Assembly (NCBI RefSeq): GCF_000143415.4
Contig: NW_003314280.1
Span: forward strand, 1,967,549-2,031,548
Direction: 5' to 3'
Source: Selaginella moellendorffii
Taxonomy: Eukaryota; Plantae; Lycopodiophyta
DNA: 64,000 nt
Part shown: one piece after another, positions 60,701-64,000 of the stretch
Numbering within the stretch: the stretch's first letter is position 1
Layout: every line of letters begins with the position of its first letter
Translations under genes and position numbers: made by a program
The notes under the pieces: generated by a model
Databases searched by the model: none
The model's input: the letters and a program-made list of their open reading frames with translations, nothing else
Told to the model about the DNA's origin: nothing

Positions 60701-61799
60701 AATTAAAATGTGATAATATATATTTATAATATTTTTATATGGGATATACCATGTATAATTAGGCATGACATTTCAAAATTGCCAACTATGAATTTAATAA
60801 GTTTTTATCTCTTGTTTTGGTCATTAAGTGTGAATTTATGATCTTCTAACTATGGCATTCTCTCTCCTCTTTTACACATGCTCCATTCAACTCTCATGTT
60901 GCACAGTTGTGCCTCATTTTTTGTGGTTTAGAGGCATTTAATATACTTTAATGTAAAGTATAGTGCTTCAATTACTTTTGCAAGTGTCATTTCTTTGTAG
61001 CTTATTTCCAGTGCACAAAAAGAATCTAGAATAAAAAACAAACACATTAGCATATACATTAAAAATGAATATATATAAATCAATTACTTATTTATATACA
61101 AATTTTATATTGCAACGCTCATTACTCCCCACACAATCATTACAATAATTATGAAGCTCAAACTAAGAAACAAAAATTCAATAAAGAAAAGCTTATGCTA
61201 TTGCTTTGCAATATGTTTAAGCCTAACAAACCAATACAATGCCAAAATCTTACATATGTGATTAGAGATGTAAGAAATTGATAAAGTTAATACCTTACCA
61301 TAGTTATAACACAATTCACTAACTTACATAAAACCATTGCACTCAAGGCCCCAAGGACCCAAAGAAAAGCTTTATACTAGTTTTGTGCTAGTATGAATAA
61401 CATGCACTTGAGTACATAGTTGTAGTGTAGTAATTTACTAACTTTTTGAGTTTAAAAACTCAGAAACTTTAAGCTAACATTGACATATTTTCAAGCAAGC
61501 CCTTTATTGGTATATTTTGAATTTCAAAATATATGCAAGATTATTCACTTATGAAACCACACGTAATTTTCACCTTATATTCTATAGTGATTAACTATTG
61601 AATAACTATAGAGGAAAATTTAACCCTTAAGGCCAAGGACAATAGAGCAGAACCTAAGTTTTAAGGCCTTAGGCCATTAAATAAAGGGATGAAGTTAAAC
61701 TTTTAAGCATATAACTAAGAAGTAAAAGAACTAGAGCATAGAACAATTTTTTAGCATACAACTAAACAAAAAACATGCGCATAGAATGATATTAGAATA

Positions 61800-63327
61800 T
61801 TCCTAGAGCATTTAACATCTCAATACCAAAACTAACATGCAAAACAAAGCCAAATAAAATTTAACTCTATTTCAATATACCAATGGTTTAATATAAGGAT
61901 ATAAATACTCCACTAGCTAGCATAGTATGGAGCTAGGGTTTAGACCTAAGCTGGATACAAAATAAAAACAGACACATCTTTAAATACATAATTAGCAAAT
62001 CTAGACACTTTTTATAAATGATTTATAAAACTAAATAAAACTAACATATGGGGCATGATAATGAGGGTGTTTAGTGGACACAATAGGCTATTATGTAATG
62101 ATATTAAAGGACTAGTGCTCGATGCTTGACAAACCAGTACAAAACAAAGCAAAAGATAATTAACATACCAAGCTAAGTATGCTTTGGCTAAATAAATATT
62201 TAAAAATTCCTTCCTTATGCTCATCAAGCCAAATATAAATGTTAAATCTAGTTTAGTAACACTTGAACAAGAGGGATTGATAAAAGGAATTAGTAGTATT
62301 GACCTCCTGCCATTATGGCAGAAAGAAAAAAATATTTGAAAGGACTCGTTAATAAGTAACTTTTGATACTCACAATCACATTCATAACATACTCTTTCTT
62401 TTGAGAAGATCGACATCCTTGTCGATGCATACTCTAGTCTAGACCACTATTAAAAAAATAATTCAAGAAAAAGTTTATCAATTTAAATGAGTTAAAGAAT
62501 TACCTCTCTATCTAAAATACATTACCATTCAAACAGCTTCTAGCCATGACATAGAAAAAAAAGCCAAAGGCCATAACCCTTCTAAGCAAACAAACCAAAC
62601 CCATCAGTAAAATTTAAATAAACTATTGTAAATTGGTTGTTAAAGTTTTATATGGCCACACCCTTTTGACGGAATAAAGAACATCAAGTGAGTTATCTAA
62701 TCAGTTTACAATAGTTACCCCATGACTAAAGATTTCATTATACACATGAAGTGTTGAAACTAATTTACCTATACTAGCTTAAACATAAAGATCAATAGAT
62801 GGACAATATTGAAGTCATAGACAAAGATATTTTAGAGACCAAATTATTAGTGAATATTAAAATAAAAATTATTTGAATTAAATTATCATCTAATAAATCA
62901 AATTACTAAGGTTAGGGATTTTGGAAGTGTTGAGTGATATAGGTTCAAACTCTAGCTTAAAACCACCAAGATTATTATATTTTGAAGATATAGGAATAAC
63001 CATCTAACAAAATTTAATAGTAAATATATCATCAAGAAACTTAATAATAATATCTAACTACCAAATATTGTAAAAAACTTGAAAAATAATTTACAAAATA
63101 TAGCTTAAATAACATAAAATATCATTGATTAGACAAGTAAAATATTTGTAAATATATCATTTGAAAAAAATAACATCATAATTTATCAAAACCAACTTTA
63201 ACAACAATAAACAGAATAGAATGAATATTGCAAGGCTAACAAACACCCATTCATACAAAATACCAATCTAGGTAATTTAAATAAATTTTAGTCAATAATA
63301 TAAAGGAATTAGAGTTGGTTAAGCATG
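61800..63327 (-). mobile_element. Highly decayed relic of the same chromovirus family; LTR ~62036-62389
   Basis: Reverse complement aligns with 13790-14194 (3' region, PPT, LTR) and with 7779-7830 and 8125-8225 (5' leader); strongly AT-shifted. Confidence 0.75.
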
Positions 63328-64000
63328 TGTAAACTCCTGAGTCTGGACTTCCCGGGAGGTCACCCAGCCCAATACTATTCAAACCTAAGGACACTTAACC
63401 TCAAATATCCCAAAACCCTTAACCGATTGGAAAAGAGGGTGCACTCTTTTTTATTTATGGGCCCTTTCCCTCTATATTTGAACCCCATGGATCGTCTCTC
63501 AAGTCGTTCTCTTTGGTTGCTTACAATCCACCACGCTTCTTTGCAAATTCATGCCCTCGTGAACGGAAGTTGAGAGCCGCAGCTCTCCCGAGAGCCTCGC
63601 TCTCTTGACACCCTACCCCTCGGGTCGAGCCCAGTAGGAGCAAATTGGACCAGCCAGATGTCAATCAACATGTGGTGTGATTCCCTTAGCCAACTAATAG
63701 AGTCGGACCTGAAACCCCTTTGATACTAAATGTACCCCTCGGGTCGATGTCAATCAACATGTGGTGTGATTCCCTTAGCCAACTAATAGAGTCGGACCTG
63801 AAACCCCTTTGATACTAAATGTACCCCTCGGGTCGAGCCCAGTAGGAGCAAGTTAGACCACCCAGATGTCAATCAACATGTGGTGTGATTCCCTTAGCCA
63901 ACCAACAGAGTCGGACCTAAAACCTCTCAACATGTGGTGTGATTCCCTTAGCCAACCAACAGAGTTGGACCTAAAACCTCTCTGATACTAAATGTAAACT
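63328..64000 (-). mobile_element. Cassandra-type TRIM, near complete: 3' LTR 63328-63525, internal region 63526-63992, 5' LTR from 63993 off the edge
   Basis: LTR matches 7267-7461 including the 5S segment (63345-63400). PPT-like AGAAGCGTGGTGGAT is adjacent. PBS TAGTATCAGAG (tRNA-iMet type, one mismatch) at ~63980-63990. tgtaaact recurs at 63993. Confidence 0.88.
63614..63992. repeat. Four imperfect tandem units inside the TRIM
   Basis: caacatgtggtgtgattcccttagccaac occurs 4 times; tgatactaaatgta occurs 3 times. Confidence 0.92.

Noticed and set aside
63614-63992. CRISPR-like array
   Set aside because: Intervening sequences are themselves repeated rather than unique spacers; eukaryotic TE context and no cas genes.

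Overview
Eukaryotic, intron-rich plant nuclear DNA, so the ORF track breaks most genes at introns. Tiny 50-70 bp introns, very dense genes and PPR proteins built from 31-aa SS-type motifs point to a lycophyte, most likely Selaginella (inference). Recognisable genes: two PLS-PPRs plus a PPR pseudogene, HIBCH, two head-to-head ZIFL MFS transporters, an RLCK-type pseudokinase, COG0212/MTHFSD with a C-terminal RRM-like tail, an RGF/GOLVEN peptide precursor, a conserved plastid membrane protein, DGAT2, CYP711A (MAX1), CYP707A, an At3g17950-like protein and an XBAT ankyrin-RING ligase. Two transposon-rich blocks occur at 4.2-16.3 kb and 60.3-64 kb. The first is a four-level nest: TIR element > short-LTR gypsy with a 4-bp TSD > chromovirus > 5S-bearing Cassandra-type solo LTR. 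The second ends in a near-complete 5S-bearing TRIM with a multiplied PBS. The most unusual feature is a locally amplified gene family (organellar-presequence-like N-terminus, unknown ~240-aa domain, two tandem alpha-crystallin/HSP20 domains). It occurs twice head-to-head with an unrelated, fast-diverging unknown gene (ATGs 44 bp apart in the intact copy). Its copies are repeatedly flanked by duplicated scraps of neighbouring genes.
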